From NCBI GenBank assembly GCA_028868715.1, contig JAGWUB010000001.1:183206-247205 (forward strand): a stretch of 64,000 bases of DNA. The letters are read 5' to 3'. Positions 28,547-40,311 of the stretch are shown one piece after another. The position numbers were made by a program, and so were the translations under genes. Origin of the DNA: Patescibacteria group bacterium (GTDB taxonomy: Bacteria > Patescibacteriota > Minisyncoccia > Phycocordibacterales > UBA9973). The notes below the pieces were generated by a model, which made no database searches, was not told the origin of the DNA, and was given only the letters and a program-made list of their open reading frames with translations. Position 1 is the first letter of the stretch, and each line of letters opens with the position of its first letter.

Positions 28547-29539
28547 ATGACAAAAATAATTAGAAAAATAAAAAAAGAGGATGGGTTTATGATACTGTTT
28601 GCAGTTACAGTTTCGGCCATACTCTTGTCTATCGCCCTAGGTATAGCCAACATAGCATTTAAGGAATTAAAATTTAATACTTCGGTAAAAGCTTCCAACG
28701 ACGCCTTCTTTTCTGCTGACACAGGAATTGAGTGTGCTCTTATAAACGACAAATCTACCAGCACCACCTTTACCAATGGAGGATCAGGAAGGCTAAATTG
28801 TTTAGGTGTAGGTATTCAGGCAACAGGAGCTTATCCAGCTTGGACGTTTACTATGTCTAGCCTTGGTTTCACTAATCAAGGCTGCTCTGTTGTGACTGTT
28901 ACAAAATCTACAAATGTAGATGGCACTATAGCCACAAAGATTGTTTCACTTGGTTACGACACCGGAGGAGGAGCTAGTAATGTGTGTCTTCCAACAGCAA
29001 GCAGTGTGGAACGTGAAATTAATACAAATTACAATAGTGGCTCTCCCACAGCACCGTCAGCTTTTAGTGGCATCACAAACATAAAAGTAACTGTAAATAA
29101 TGGATTACAGGGCTATAGTAGGATAGTTGAAGTAGAGGCTTGGGGAAGTGGTACTAATTATGCTCTAACCGGAACAGCTTCTTCATCTGGAGATTTCTCT
29201 TCAGGGTATCCGGTTAGTTCAATCATAAATGGAGATAGGAGGGGAGTTGGATGGGGCTCTGGTACCGGTGGCTGGAATGACAATACCTCTAATTCTTGGC
29301 CCGATACTGCTACAATTACTTTCTCTTCACCTAAAACCTTAAATGAGATAGATGTGTATACCTTAGCAGATGGTTTTCCTTTGGCTAGTGATCCTGGACC
29401 CTCAGACACATTTACCCTGTATGGAATTACAAATTTTAATGTTCAATATTCAAAAGACAATGGTCTTACCTGGGCTGACGTTCCAGGGAGCCCGGTTAGT
29501 TCTAATAATTTAATTTGGAAAAAATTTACCTTGCAATAA
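28547..29539 (+). CDS. PilX-like minor pilin with C-terminal discoidin (F5/8 type C)-like domain
   Basis: DG/FMILFA N-terminus lacking E5, AFFSADTGIECAL. The C-terminal region has discoidin motifs. Confidence 0.8.
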   Translation: MTKIIRKIKKEDGFMILFAVTVSAILLSIALGIANIAFKELKFNTSVKASNDAFFSADTGIECALINDKSTSTTFTNGGSGRLNCLGVGIQATGAYPAWTFTMSSLGFTNQGCSVVTVTKSTNVDGTIATKIVSLGYDTGGGASNVCLPTASSVEREINTNYNSGSPTAPSAFSGITNIKVTVNNGLQGYSRIVEVEAWGSGTNYALTGTASSSGDFSSGYPVSSIINGDRRGVGWGSGTGGWNDNTSNSWPDTATITFSSPKTLNEIDVYTLADGFPLASDPGPSDTFTLYGITNFNVQYSKDNGLTWADVPGSPVSSNNLIWKKFTLQ

Positions 29540-29579
29540 ATATTGATTTAAATCAATAAATAGTTCAGAATCTGTATAA

Positions 29580-31625
<2,046 letters not shown>

Positions 31626-31741
31626 CCTAGTATAAATTTTCCTAAAAAAGGAGTATAATTAGGGTATAAGGATAAATAATTATAGCCGATATTAAAGGTC
31701 GAATATTATAATATTATTTATTATCACTCTAACTAGAAAAT

Positions 31742-31996
31742 ATGAATAAAAACAAAATTGGGCTTGTTTTAGGTTCTTTTGCGGGGTTGTTTCACTTGGT
31801 TTGGGGCTTACTGATTGCTTTTGGAATGGCACAAGTTTTACTTGATTTTATATATAATTTGCATTCCTTAAACAATCCATTTGTGGTGATGCCGTTCAAT
31901 TTATTGCGCACACTAGGCTTGGTCATTTTCACCTTCATTATGGGCTATATCTTTGGTTATGTTTTTGCTTTTCTTTGGAATAAATTTCATAAATAA
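31742..31996 (+). CDS. Small two-TM membrane protein
   Basis: Hydrophobic 84-aa ORF with an upstream TATAAT. Confidence 0.7.
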   Translation: MNKNKIGLVLGSFAGLFHLVWGLLIAFGMAQVLLDFIYNLHSLNNPFVVMPFNLLRTLGLVIFTFIMGYIFGYVFAFLWNKFHK

Positions 31997-31998
31997 TT

Positions 31999-32505
31999 AT
32001 GGCAACAAATAAACAAAAAATTGCAGCAAAAAAGAATATAAAAAAGGCGCAAGCTAAATGGAAAAGTATGACTCACAGGCAACATGCCTTAGCTCAACCA
32101 CAAGGCAGGATGCGCCAGAAGCCGGGTACGACTGGCAAGGGGAAGTTTTACCGCGTAGAAGTTCGCCCTAAAAGTGATTTCACTTCATTTCGTATTCAAG
32201 ACGTGGGAAAGAAGGGTGGACTAGAAAGACTTGCTGGGAGGCGTAGCAGTGGTAGCTGGGGAACCGTAGCGTGGTTAGTCAGCAAAAAAGATGCTCACGT
32301 TACCAAGGACAAGAAACTAGTAATTGACGACATAAAAGCCAAGAGTTTCTTAAAGCAAATTCGAGGCAAGATTAAGCACGTGAAAGGAGACATTTTTAAA
32401 GCGCATCCTCTTAAAAATATAGCTGAAAGCGCTAAACCAACTCCAAAGCAACGCAAAGCACAAAAAGCTAATATTAAAAAAGCACAGAAAGCTAGATGGA
32501 AATAA
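31999..32505 (+). CDS. Highly basic hypothetical protein with NIKKAQ repeats at both ends
   Basis: KNIKKAQAKW near the N-terminus and ANIKKAQKARW at the C-terminus. Confidence 0.75.
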   Translation: MATNKQKIAAKKNIKKAQAKWKSMTHRQHALAQPQGRMRQKPGTTGKGKFYRVEVRPKSDFTSFRIQDVGKKGGLERLAGRRSSGSWGTVAWLVSKKDAHVTKDKKLVIDDIKAKSFLKQIRGKIKHVKGDIFKAHPLKNIAESAKPTPKQRKAQKANIKKAQKARWK

Positions 32506-32520
32506 ATTCTTTTTTAAAAA

Positions 32521-32619
32521 ATGCGGAGTCTGGTGGACGATGTTAGAACCTATTGGCAGACCACTGCGGACAGGTTTTTCATCCCCAGACTGTCATTAGA
32601 GTCAGCACAGATAGTATAG
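32521..32619 (+). other. Displaced C-terminal coding segment of the recombinase (left att junction)
   Basis: Reads RSLVDDVRTYWQTTADRFFIPRLSLESAQIV* and joins in frame with the recombinase across the GCGGAG core. Confidence 0.7.
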
Positions 32620-32951
32620 TATTTTCTGGTCTATTCAGTACAGTCCTGTACTGGTACATACCTACCAACAGTAGCACCCGTGCAACTTTTGACATATACG
32701 TGTCATATCATTGTCAGGGTGTCTTTTTGGGTCAAAGACAGTGTGCTTACTATATCCTGTTATAGCTCGGCATAACCGAATCACCGATTTTACTACGAGA
32801 GTTATACAGAAGCATACAAAAGGGCGTACTCCCGTCTCTCTTGCCCTCAATTTTGTGAAAACTGGGAATGGGTGGTGGGTGTTTTCCTTTTGACTTTTGC
32901 GCGGGCGGCGGGGACACCCTCTCCAAGTTGAGCCTTTTTACCCGAAAACTT

Positions 32952-35546
32952 TTATGCCTGGCGAACTGCTATGTCTTTTATCTGCTGAATGTCGGTTTTG
33001 AGTTTGGCGATGTCTGGTGCTGCGTGCTGAACCATCTCATCGGATTGATTATGTGCCTCTATGTACCTGCTGAACTCTTCGTGTAGTTGTTTCGCTTTAT
33101 CCAGCTTTTCACGACTCAAGCTCGCGCGGGTAGCGTTGTGCATCTGAATCTGGTCAGACCAGCGCGTAATAACTCTGCCGAAGATTCTTTCTTCAACCGC
33201 TTTCTCGACCGCTCTACGTAACATCCCGTAGGTGCCTCTGATGCCGTCCGCTTGAGCTTCGCCAGTGAGAGTTTCAAGCTCAAGAACTTTTGCCTCAACT
33301 TTTTGAATGTAAGCATCGAACTTTACCGAACCAGGATAGTAGTTTTGTGTTACCACACCGACTCTGGCGGCTTCCGAATGAAGGTCGTGAAAGGCGGCTT
33401 TGGCTGGGTCAATGTTTCCGTCATTGTTTTCAACCTGGTCGTGAAGATAACTCGCAAACATCAAGTCGTGAGTGAAAACCACAATCTGCCGCGCTTCGGA
33501 TTCTTGTACGATTCTTTTTGCGATTCTCTCTTTTCTGTCGTGGTCAAAACTTGTAGCGGGGTCATCGAAAATCACTGGTGCGTGCTCGGTTTGCATTGAA
33601 AGCTCGGCAAAGAAATCCGAGAGGGCGACGGCTTTCTGTTCTCCCTCGCTCAAGAATTGGTCTATGCCGTCCAACCCTTCCATATTCTTTGCCCGCATCT
33701 GCGAGCCGTACTCTCCGCGAAACTCAAGATTGACTCCTGGCGCGTCGAGGTCTGCCGCTTCTTTTTGAAACTGTGCTTTGAACGAATCGGATACCAATTC
33801 ACGCCAGGCTTTCTTGCCCAGGTCGGTTGTCGGCTTCGTGTTGAGTTTGTTTGCCTGCAATGGAGATGCCTTTTCTATCCACCGCTCGATTGCGATGTAC
33901 TTCTCGACTTGTGGTCGGTGTTTTGAAAACTTTTGAATGTCTTGCAGCTCCGCTATTTCCTTATCGAGTGCCTGGGACTTTTTGAAAAGGTTGCGTTGCG
34001 ACTCTTCAAGGGTTTTTATGTCCGCTTCAACTTTAGCTCTCGCTTTGCGGATGCTGGAGATAATGCCAGAGGTTTTTACTGGTTGGAACTTCTGCGGCTT
34101 CTTGTTTTTCAAAGAAGATGCCACTTTTTGAGCCAAGCTGTCAGCCTCGGTCAATGCGGCGAATGCGGTAGCGACCGTTCGCTTCTGCAAAAACTTTTCA
34201 AAATCTTCCTGTCCGTATGGAAAGTCGTCTGCAAAGGAGGAGTTCTCCAAATCGTTCAGTGCCCCGTTGAGTTTCTCCTCAACATCTTCAATGTCGGATG
34301 TTTCTTCTTCTTGGAAAAGTTCTCGGTAAAGCTGAATGAGTTTCTGTGCTCCTTTCGAGAGTTTCTGCTGGCAGTATATGCAGCGGTCATCGTCTCCTGG
34401 GTATTCGTCGTGCTCGGCGATGCGGATGTAATCCTCTCCAGCATCAATAAACTTTTCCCACTCGTCCGATTCCTTTTCCGCTATGTCGTAATCCTCAAGA
34501 GTCTTGCCCTTCTTTACTGCTTGCTTCTTTTTGAGCTGGGCAAACTTTTTTACCAAGCCGAAATACACTCTGATGTTTTGAGCGGACAAGTCGGACTGTA
34601 CTTGCGCAAGGGCATCTTCCAACGCCTTGAGTTTTTGGTTTCGCGTTCGCAGAATCTCCGACTGTTGGTCGAGATTTTGTAGTCCTTTCCTTTCTTTTGT
34701 TTTATCCGTAAGAGCTTTTTGCGCTTTTGCATCCCAGGCTGGAAGTTTATTCAAATCATCCGATTTTGTACTTGCCGTTATTCCTGCAACAAACTTTCCG
34801 ATTGAAGTTTCCTCATTGAAAATGTCGTCAATCAAAGGCTTGTCGTTCGCGGTATTCCTGATGTCTTCCGCCAGACGTTCTTGCAGCCCCTGCATTGACG
34901 TTGAGAGAGCCTGGAACAGCTCGAAGCCGTAGGGCTGGTAGGAGAAGCCGAGACTTTTATTCAAATAGATTGGGATGCACTTTCCGTCGAAAACCGCCAT
35001 CTGGTCAAAGGGAGCAAGTCTGCTTTCGCCACTCCATTGGCAGACAGTATCGGTGGCACCATTCGCATATTGTATTTTCGCTTTGCAGCGATTTTGAGAT
35101 TTTGTGCTGTGGACATTTTGCCATACGTCTTCCTGCGTTCTTGAGCCAGCAACTCTTTTGAGTATTCGTACAAAACCAGACTTGCCGCTTCCGTTCTTGC
35201 CATACACGACCGTCAGCTTCGGATGAAATGGAATCGTCGCCCCACGTTCAAGCGCATTCACACCGCTTTCGTGCTGCAAACTTTTGAGCGCAAATCCGTT
35301 CGTAGCAGCGGTTCTTTGAGCGGGTACGATTGGCGCTGCTGGCTCTGCTTCTCCAGCTTTCTTTTCCTGCAACTTGTGAACGATTAGAAACTGCTTGTAG
35401 ATTTCGTCGAGGAACGCTTCATCTGGAATCGCACGCGACAACAAAACCCTTCCGATAAGGGACTTGAGCCATTCTTCGCCGCTCTGATTTGCCAGCTCTT
35501 GCAGGTAATCATCGGCTTTCAGTTTTTTGCTTGTTGTCATAGTCAT
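32952..35546 (-). CDS. RloC-like ABC/SMC-type ATPase with zinc hook and C-terminal HEPN-like domain
   Basis: Walker A GKNGSGKS, central CIYC in coiled coil, LSEGE signature, VIFDDP, VFTHD, C-terminal RYIEAH (Rx4H). Confidence 0.75.
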   Translation of the reverse strand: MTMTTSKKLKADDYLQELANQSGEEWLKSLIGRVLLSRAIPDEAFLDEIYKQFLIVHKLQEKKAGEAEPAAPIVPAQRTAATNGFALKSLQHESGVNALERGATIPFHPKLTVVYGKNGSGKSGFVRILKRVAGSRTQEDVWQNVHSTKSQNRCKAKIQYANGATDTVCQWSGESRLAPFDQMAVFDGKCIPIYLNKSLGFSYQPYGFELFQALSTSMQGLQERLAEDIRNTANDKPLIDDIFNEETSIGKFVAGITASTKSDDLNKLPAWDAKAQKALTDKTKERKGLQNLDQQSEILRTRNQKLKALEDALAQVQSDLSAQNIRVYFGLVKKFAQLKKKQAVKKGKTLEDYDIAEKESDEWEKFIDAGEDYIRIAEHDEYPGDDDRCIYCQQKLSKGAQKLIQLYRELFQEEETSDIEDVEEKLNGALNDLENSSFADDFPYGQEDFEKFLQKRTVATAFAALTEADSLAQKVASSLKNKKPQKFQPVKTSGIISSIRKARAKVEADIKTLEESQRNLFKKSQALDKEIAELQDIQKFSKHRPQVEKYIAIERWIEKASPLQANKLNTKPTTDLGKKAWRELVSDSFKAQFQKEAADLDAPGVNLEFRGEYGSQMRAKNMEGLDGIDQFLSEGEQKAVALSDFFAELSMQTEHAPVIFDDPATSFDHDRKERIAKRIVQESEARQIVVFTHDLMFASYLHDQVENNDGNIDPAKAAFHDLHSEAARVGVVTQNYYPGSVKFDAYIQKVEAKVLELETLTGEAQADGIRGTYGMLRRAVEKAVEERIFGRVITRWSDQIQMHNATRASLSREKLDKAKQLHEEFSRYIEAHNQSDEMVQHAAPDIAKLKTDIQQIKDIAVRQA

Positions 35547-35569
35547 TTTGTATCTTCATAGTCGGGATT

Positions 35570-35974
35570 CTACTTTATCAATCGGCTCACTTTGCTCGTA
35601 ACTTTTTCGGGGTGTTTTTTTATGAACGACCCCCAAAACCTTACCACTTTGTACCCTTGTTTCTTGAGTATCCTGTTTTGCTTTTTGTCCCGCTCAATGT
35701 TCGCAGCTATTTTCACTTTCCAAAACGGCGGCACTTTGCCGACCCAATGTTGAAAATCCTTCCCGTGCCAGAAGTCTCCATCCGCGAAAATGGCAATCTT
35801 ACTTTTTGGAAAAACAATGTCTGGTTTTCCAGGAAGATTCTTTACGTTTTTTCTGTATCGTTCCGTACCCCAAAACACTTTGATGCACTTCGTCAGATGC
35901 GCCTCAATGTCTGTCTTCGAGCTTTTGACTCGGGACATTATGTCGCTTCTTTTTGTTTTGGTGAAAATGTCCAT
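35570..35974 (-). CDS. vsr: Very short patch repair endonuclease
   Basis: MDIFTKTKRSDIMSRVKS, LPGKPDIVF, DGDFWHG, KIAANIERD. Confidence 0.95.
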   Translation of the reverse strand: MDIFTKTKRSDIMSRVKSSKTDIEAHLTKCIKVFWGTERYRKNVKNLPGKPDIVFPKSKIAIFADGDFWHGKDFQHWVGKVPPFWKVKIAANIERDKKQNRILKKQGYKVVRFWGSFIKKHPEKVTSKVSRLIK

Positions 35975-35980
35975 CGCGCA

Positions 35981-37060
35981 TCATTTTATGAACCTTATTT
36001 GAAGGGTTAGCTTGATAAAAAGAGAATCATTTTCCTGGTAGACTTTTCCGAATCCGTAACGAGTGGTGCTCGGCGTATCAAAGCGTGTGTTTTTGAACAG
36101 ATATGCCCTAAAAGCGTCCGCGTTGTATACGTGATAACAAACCATCTCCCCATCTTCGCGGACTATGATGTAACCGCCGTGCGCTCGCAAAAGACCGTCC
36201 CAGGCGGTATCGGGAACCATACCGAGAGCCACGTTGTGAAGAAGACTTTTTACTTTGAACTCATAGTCGGAGCGGTCGAGGTCGAAACTCAAAATGTTGG
36301 TTTCACCATTTCCGAGGTTTGCTATCAGTTCTGGCAAACCAGAACCTTTACCGAGATAAAAAGCCAGCAATAACTGCGCGACAATTTCTGGGAGAACCGT
36401 ATCAACGCGCCGAAGATTTCTGGTGAAAGTATCCGAGCTGATGCCATAGTATGAAAAACTGCCACCAGCGGCGACAATCGCGGAAAGTCTGTCTCTTACT
36501 TTCGAGCGGGTATCAATGGCGTTTATTTTCGCAATTTGTTCTTCGCTCAAACCTTCAATCTTGTAGACAAAGTTTGTAGCTGCGGAAGGATTCAGCAACG
36601 TAGACGCGGCACCCAGCATTGATTTGATACTGAAACCGACTTCTGGTTCGGTGCCAGTAACGTGGTCGTGAATCTTCAACGTGATGTCTTCTTTTCTGGC
36701 ATTGCCAGCATTCAATCGGGTAGCGTGGAAACGAGTCATCAAAGAATCCGCTACTGGAATCGAAAAAGTTGACTCGGCACCGTCTCTTATCGCTTGGAAA
36801 ACCTCTACAACTTTTGTTTTCAAATCGGAGCTATCAACGAGTGCTACTTCCGTACCAGCCTGGATGATTTTCACCTTGTTGTCTTCGACGAACTCATAAT
36901 CCATTCTGCCAGCCGCTTCCTCTCTGATGATTTTCAGCACAGGATAGAATATGTCCTGAATCTTCTGGAGATTTTCGTCAGCACCATTGAGCTGCTTTTC
37001 CGCAAGCAGTTTGATGAAAGTGTAGAACTCGCTCCATTCTCCTTTGTTTCCTTTTATCAT
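35981..37060 (-). CDS. HpaII-family type II restriction endonuclease
   Basis: GNKGEWSE N-terminus, GFSIKSMLG...TLLN, GGYIIVREDG, TPSTTR, LQIRF; coupled to a C5 MTase. Confidence 0.85.
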   Translation of the reverse strand: MIKGNKGEWSEFYTFIKLLAEKQLNGADENLQKIQDIFYPVLKIIREEAAGRMDYEFVEDNKVKIIQAGTEVALVDSSDLKTKVVEVFQAIRDGAESTFSIPVADSLMTRFHATRLNAGNARKEDITLKIHDHVTGTEPEVGFSIKSMLGAASTLLNPSAATNFVYKIEGLSEEQIAKINAIDTRSKVRDRLSAIVAAGGSFSYYGISSDTFTRNLRRVDTVLPEIVAQLLLAFYLGKGSGLPELIANLGNGETNILSFDLDRSDYEFKVKSLLHNVALGMVPDTAWDGLLRAHGGYIIVREDGEMVCYHVYNADAFRAYLFKNTRFDTPSTTRYGFGKVYQENDSLFIKLTLQIRFIK

Positions 37061-37941
37061 AGTAGTTGAAGTGATTTTACTATCTGTGCGGCAGTCGCCT
37101 GAATGGCGGGAACCGCGACCGCGTTTCCAAGCTGTTTCATTGCCTGGACATCCGATACGGGAAAAACAAAACTGGCTGGGAAGCCCATCATCTTCCTGCC
37201 TTCTTTCGGAGAAAGTCTACGAACCTTTCCGTCCACCATATAGGCGTCCCAATTCCTTCTGTCTTTTATGTCCGAGCCTCTTCCTCCGACCCGCAGAGTG
37301 TATCCGATTGTTTTTTCAGCTTTCCCGCCGAATATGTCGGACATTGTTTTCGTCAACTTCACGGGCTTGGGGAACTCGAAGGGTGTGTTTTTATTCTTGA
37401 ATCCGACCATAAAAAGCCGTGCACGGTGCTGTGGCACACCGTGGTCGGAAGCTCGAACTATCTGGTAGTGAAATGAGTAATCCAAGTCTTCCTCAATGAT
37501 TCTTTTTATTGTTGCGAATGTTTTACCGTCATCGTGTTTGAAGAGATGACTCACGTTTTCCAGGAAAAAGGCATCGGGTTTTTTCTCTTTGATAATCCTT
37601 ACGATGTCGTGAAATAACGTACCCCTTGAATCGGCAAACCCTTTTTTGAATCCCGCATTGCTGAACGGTTGGCAAGGAAAACCAGCGGTTAGGATATGAA
37701 AATCGGGAATCTTCTTTGCATCCACTTTGGTTATGTCTCCTGCAAAGTTTCCGTTTTTGAAAATCTCTGGTTCCACTTTTTTGAAATTGGCTTCGTAAGT
37801 TTTCCGTGCGCGGTCATCCCATTCGCTCACGAAAACACACTGCCCGCCGAGGTTATGAAAAGCCAGATGAAAACCGCCTATTCCAGCGAATAGGTCTATG
37901 AAGGTGAACTTTGGTTTTGATTGTCTTTTTGTCATAGTCAT
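37057..37941 (-). CDS. DNA (cytosine-5) methyltransferase
   Basis: FIDLFAGIGG, AGFPCQPFS, FLENV, PQHRAR, QLGNAVAVP. Confidence 0.96.
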   Translation of the reverse strand: MTMTKRQSKPKFTFIDLFAGIGGFHLAFHNLGGQCVFVSEWDDRARKTYEANFKKVEPEIFKNGNFAGDITKVDAKKIPDFHILTAGFPCQPFSNAGFKKGFADSRGTLFHDIVRIIKEKKPDAFFLENVSHLFKHDDGKTFATIKRIIEEDLDYSFHYQIVRASDHGVPQHRARLFMVGFKNKNTPFEFPKPVKLTKTMSDIFGGKAEKTIGYTLRVGGRGSDIKDRRNWDAYMVDGKVRRLSPKEGRKMMGFPASFVFPVSDVQAMKQLGNAVAVPAIQATAAQIVKSLQLL

Positions 37942-38208
37942 TGTTTATGGAGAGTTACTTTTTCGGTTCGCTCCTACCGTGTTTCAAGAAGTCTTTTACG
38001 TCCTGGTCGGTAAAGCGCCACTTACCGCGCTTTGAACCCTTGAGCCAACCCTTTTGTAGATACCGAAACAGCGTTCTTTCTTTCACGCCGAGTATCTTCT
38101 CCAAGTCTTGCAGTGTGTAGGTTTTTATCATAAAAGTTTTGACTTGATGATGTCTTTATTCTACACTGGAGGTAAGAATAAGGCAACTTTTGACAGGGTG
38201 CCTTATCA

Positions 38209-38871
38209 ATGACAATGATTATGAACGACAAACTCACAAAAGTTATCGGCTTGATTCAGGAGGGACTAAAATACAGCGATGCCGAAGACAATCGGGTATC
38301 GGAAGACGGCGTGCAAGATTACGGAATTGATAAGGTTGAGCTGTACGAGGATACGCTTCGCTCGGCAGGACTATCGAGAGAAGACATTTACGGAATCTTG
38401 AAGAATCTTCGGAATGATGGAGTAATAAAACTCCAGCAGGTATTTTACGCTCCAGAACGAACACCCTCAAACTACGAGAATAGACCGAGATACAAAGTTC
38501 CAGCCGACGATGAGTACAAATTGCCAGTCTATGTTTTGCATATCAACCGAGAGAAATTGCAGCCCTCAAACTCAAACGAACCCTTCTCCTTTGACGCAGA
38601 GACTGGGCTGCTGCACTTTCAAGGTAAAACGTGCGAGTTGCCCCTCAAGCAATTTGAATACTACGTAATCAAGGCTTTGACTGCTCAACCAATCGGTAAG
38701 CACGTAGAGGAAGCAGACATCGAAGAGATAATTGATGCGCTCGGAGCGGACGGCAGCAAGTCGAGGGTCTATGACACGCGCCGCCGCATCAACAAACGAG
38801 TGAAAGAAGAATTGGGTATTGAAAACTTGGTTGGTTATTCAAACTCAACTTATTGGATAAACCAACCTTGA
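38209..38871 (+). CDS. Hypothetical regulator with C-terminal winged-helix-like region
   Basis: C-terminal ...SRVYDTRRRINKRV...GY...YWI resembles an OmpR-type wHTH. Confidence 0.55.
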   Translation: MTMIMNDKLTKVIGLIQEGLKYSDAEDNRVSEDGVQDYGIDKVELYEDTLRSAGLSREDIYGILKNLRNDGVIKLQQVFYAPERTPSNYENRPRYKVPADDEYKLPVYVLHINREKLQPSNSNEPFSFDAETGLLHFQGKTCELPLKQFEYYVIKALTAQPIGKHVEEADIEEIIDALGADGSKSRVYDTRRRINKRVKEELGIENLVGYSNSTYWINQP

Positions 38872-38878
38872 GTAAAAT

Positions 38879-38897
38879 CCGACTCGGAATGAGTCGG
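38879..38897. promoter_or_regulatory. Inverted repeat (operator or hairpin) upstream of the element's core operon
   Basis: CCGACTC-GGAAT-GAGTCGG. Confidence 0.4.
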
Positions 38898-38961
38898 TAA
38901 GTTTCCATAGTCATAGGAATAGGCTTGAAGAAAGCCTGTTTTTATTTTGGCTTGAAAAGTT

Positions 38962-39216
38962 ATGACGATGACTGGAAACAATACAAGTGATTCGTTCCGC
39001 ACCGCAGACCTCTCACTGGTCGCGGCACTTTGCGTTTCTGGTTTTGTCGTAGAAGAGATGGAGAGAGTAAGTCCTACTCGGTCGGTCTTCATCTTCCAAA
39101 GCTCCGCCGAGCTGCACGAAACAGAGAAACGTTACTGGCGGGGAGATTTACGAATTGAGCCGCAAGCCTTCTTCAACCAACTCAAAATCTTGAAGGCGCG
39201 CATCTACGAGCGATGA
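38962..39216 (+). CDS. DUF5659-like small protein
   Basis: F.T.DL.L.A.L...GF...R..F.F...Y.RG.L.IEP..FF..LK.LK.RIY pattern. Confidence 0.7.
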   Translation: MTMTGNNTSDSFRTADLSLVAALCVSGFVVEEMERVSPTRSVFIFQSSAELHETEKRYWRGDLRIEPQAFFNQLKILKARIYER

Positions 39217-39410
39217 TTTCCGAACAAGCAATAAAGGATTTCAAAGCCATCTGGAAAAAACAGTTTGGCGAAGAGATTTCGGATGAAAAAGCAACCGAAG
39301 AGGCTTTGAACTTTTTGCGCTTTCTCGACATCATCTATCGCCCTGTTCGTAAACAATGGGTCGAAGACTATGACAATGGAACACATCGGCGACAACCTAA
39401 AAAAGTATAG
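39213..39410 (+). CDS. Small hypothetical protein of the integrative element
   Basis: 65 aa; overlaps the upstream gene by ATGA. Confidence 0.65.
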   Translation: MISEQAIKDFKAIWKKQFGEEISDEKATEEALNFLRFLDIIYRPVRKQWVEDYDNGTHRRQPKKV

Positions 39411-40311
39411 TTTTGAGCAACCTGCGTCCCGACCGCAGGAAAGTTCAAAAAAGGAACCTGCAAAGGAGCCTTTTATTCCTTTTCCGCGTTTTCTGGTGGA
39501 GCATTACCGTAACCACCTCATAACCTATCGTGAGCTTGAGCTACATAACTGGATGCGACTTCACGCCAATATGTTCGGCATTGCGAGCGTAAATGTGCAC
39601 GCGATGCTTGATGATTTGCCGCACTTCAAAAGCGTTGACCGCATCACAAAAGTATTGAGGTCGCTGCGCCGCAAGAAGTACATACACTACCAGGAGCGAA
39701 AGGGACGCCGAGGTACATTCGAGGTGCGATTTGACCATTGGCTGCTAAAAGGCGGCAAAGTTCAGACTCTCGATAGATACTTTGAGCAGGAGAAAGTCCG
39801 AGGTGAAAGCGGAACCAAAGCCACAGGTGCAGCGGAAGCAACACCGTCTTTTAGTGGTCAAAGTCCGAGGTTGAACGAGCAGGAACACCCCGTAAATACG
39901 GGGGCAAACTCTTTTATGAACAACCGCTTTGTCCGAGGTGATAAGAACGATAATAAGATTGAAACAAAAGAAATAAAGACATCTTCGTCGTCGAGCACTT
40001 TTAGGGGGGAAGCAAAAGGAAGCAGAGTGGCAACTCGCGACTTTGTGCCACAATCCGACGCCGAAGAACGATGCAAACGAATCGCGATTGAAGTCGGCGA
40101 CGAGTACATCAATTTTATTTTGAGCAAGTTGAAACACAAGGACGGCGGCATTGAAGTTATTGAGAATGCGTTTCAAGCCTACCAAGATGTTTTGCGAATC
40201 GCCGAAGAGAAGGGCGACATTGAACCGATAAAAAACCTTCCCGCCTTTTTCAATAGGTGCGTCAAAGACGCCATAGAGGAAAACCAGATGAAAAAGTCTG
40301 GCAGATGGTAA
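39370..40311 (+). CDS. Putative replication-initiator-like HTH protein
   Basis: N-terminal wHTH-like region, disordered linker, C-terminal IKNLPAFF motif similar to phage/plasmid initiators. Confidence 0.5.
   Translation: MTMEHIGDNLKKYSFEQPASRPQESSKKEPAKEPFIPFPRFLVEHYRNHLITYRELELHNWMRLHANMFGIASVNVHAMLDDLPHFKSVDRITKVLRSLRRKKYIHYQERKGRRGTFEVRFDHWLLKGGKVQTLDRYFEQEKVRGESGTKATGAAEATPSFSGQSPRLNEQEHPVNTGANSFMNNRFVRGDKNDNKIETKEIKTSSSSSTFRGEAKGSRVATRDFVPQSDAEERCKRIAIEVGDEYINFILSKLKHKDGGIEVIENAFQAYQDVLRIAEEKGDIEPIKNLPAFFNRCVKDAIEENQMKKSGRW

Noticed and set aside
33116-35203. Many overlapping alternative-frame ORFs in the island (e.g. 33933-34682)
   Set aside because: They are shadows of the long ATPase gene; GC-richer DNA and the lack of TTAA/CTAG reduce stop codons.
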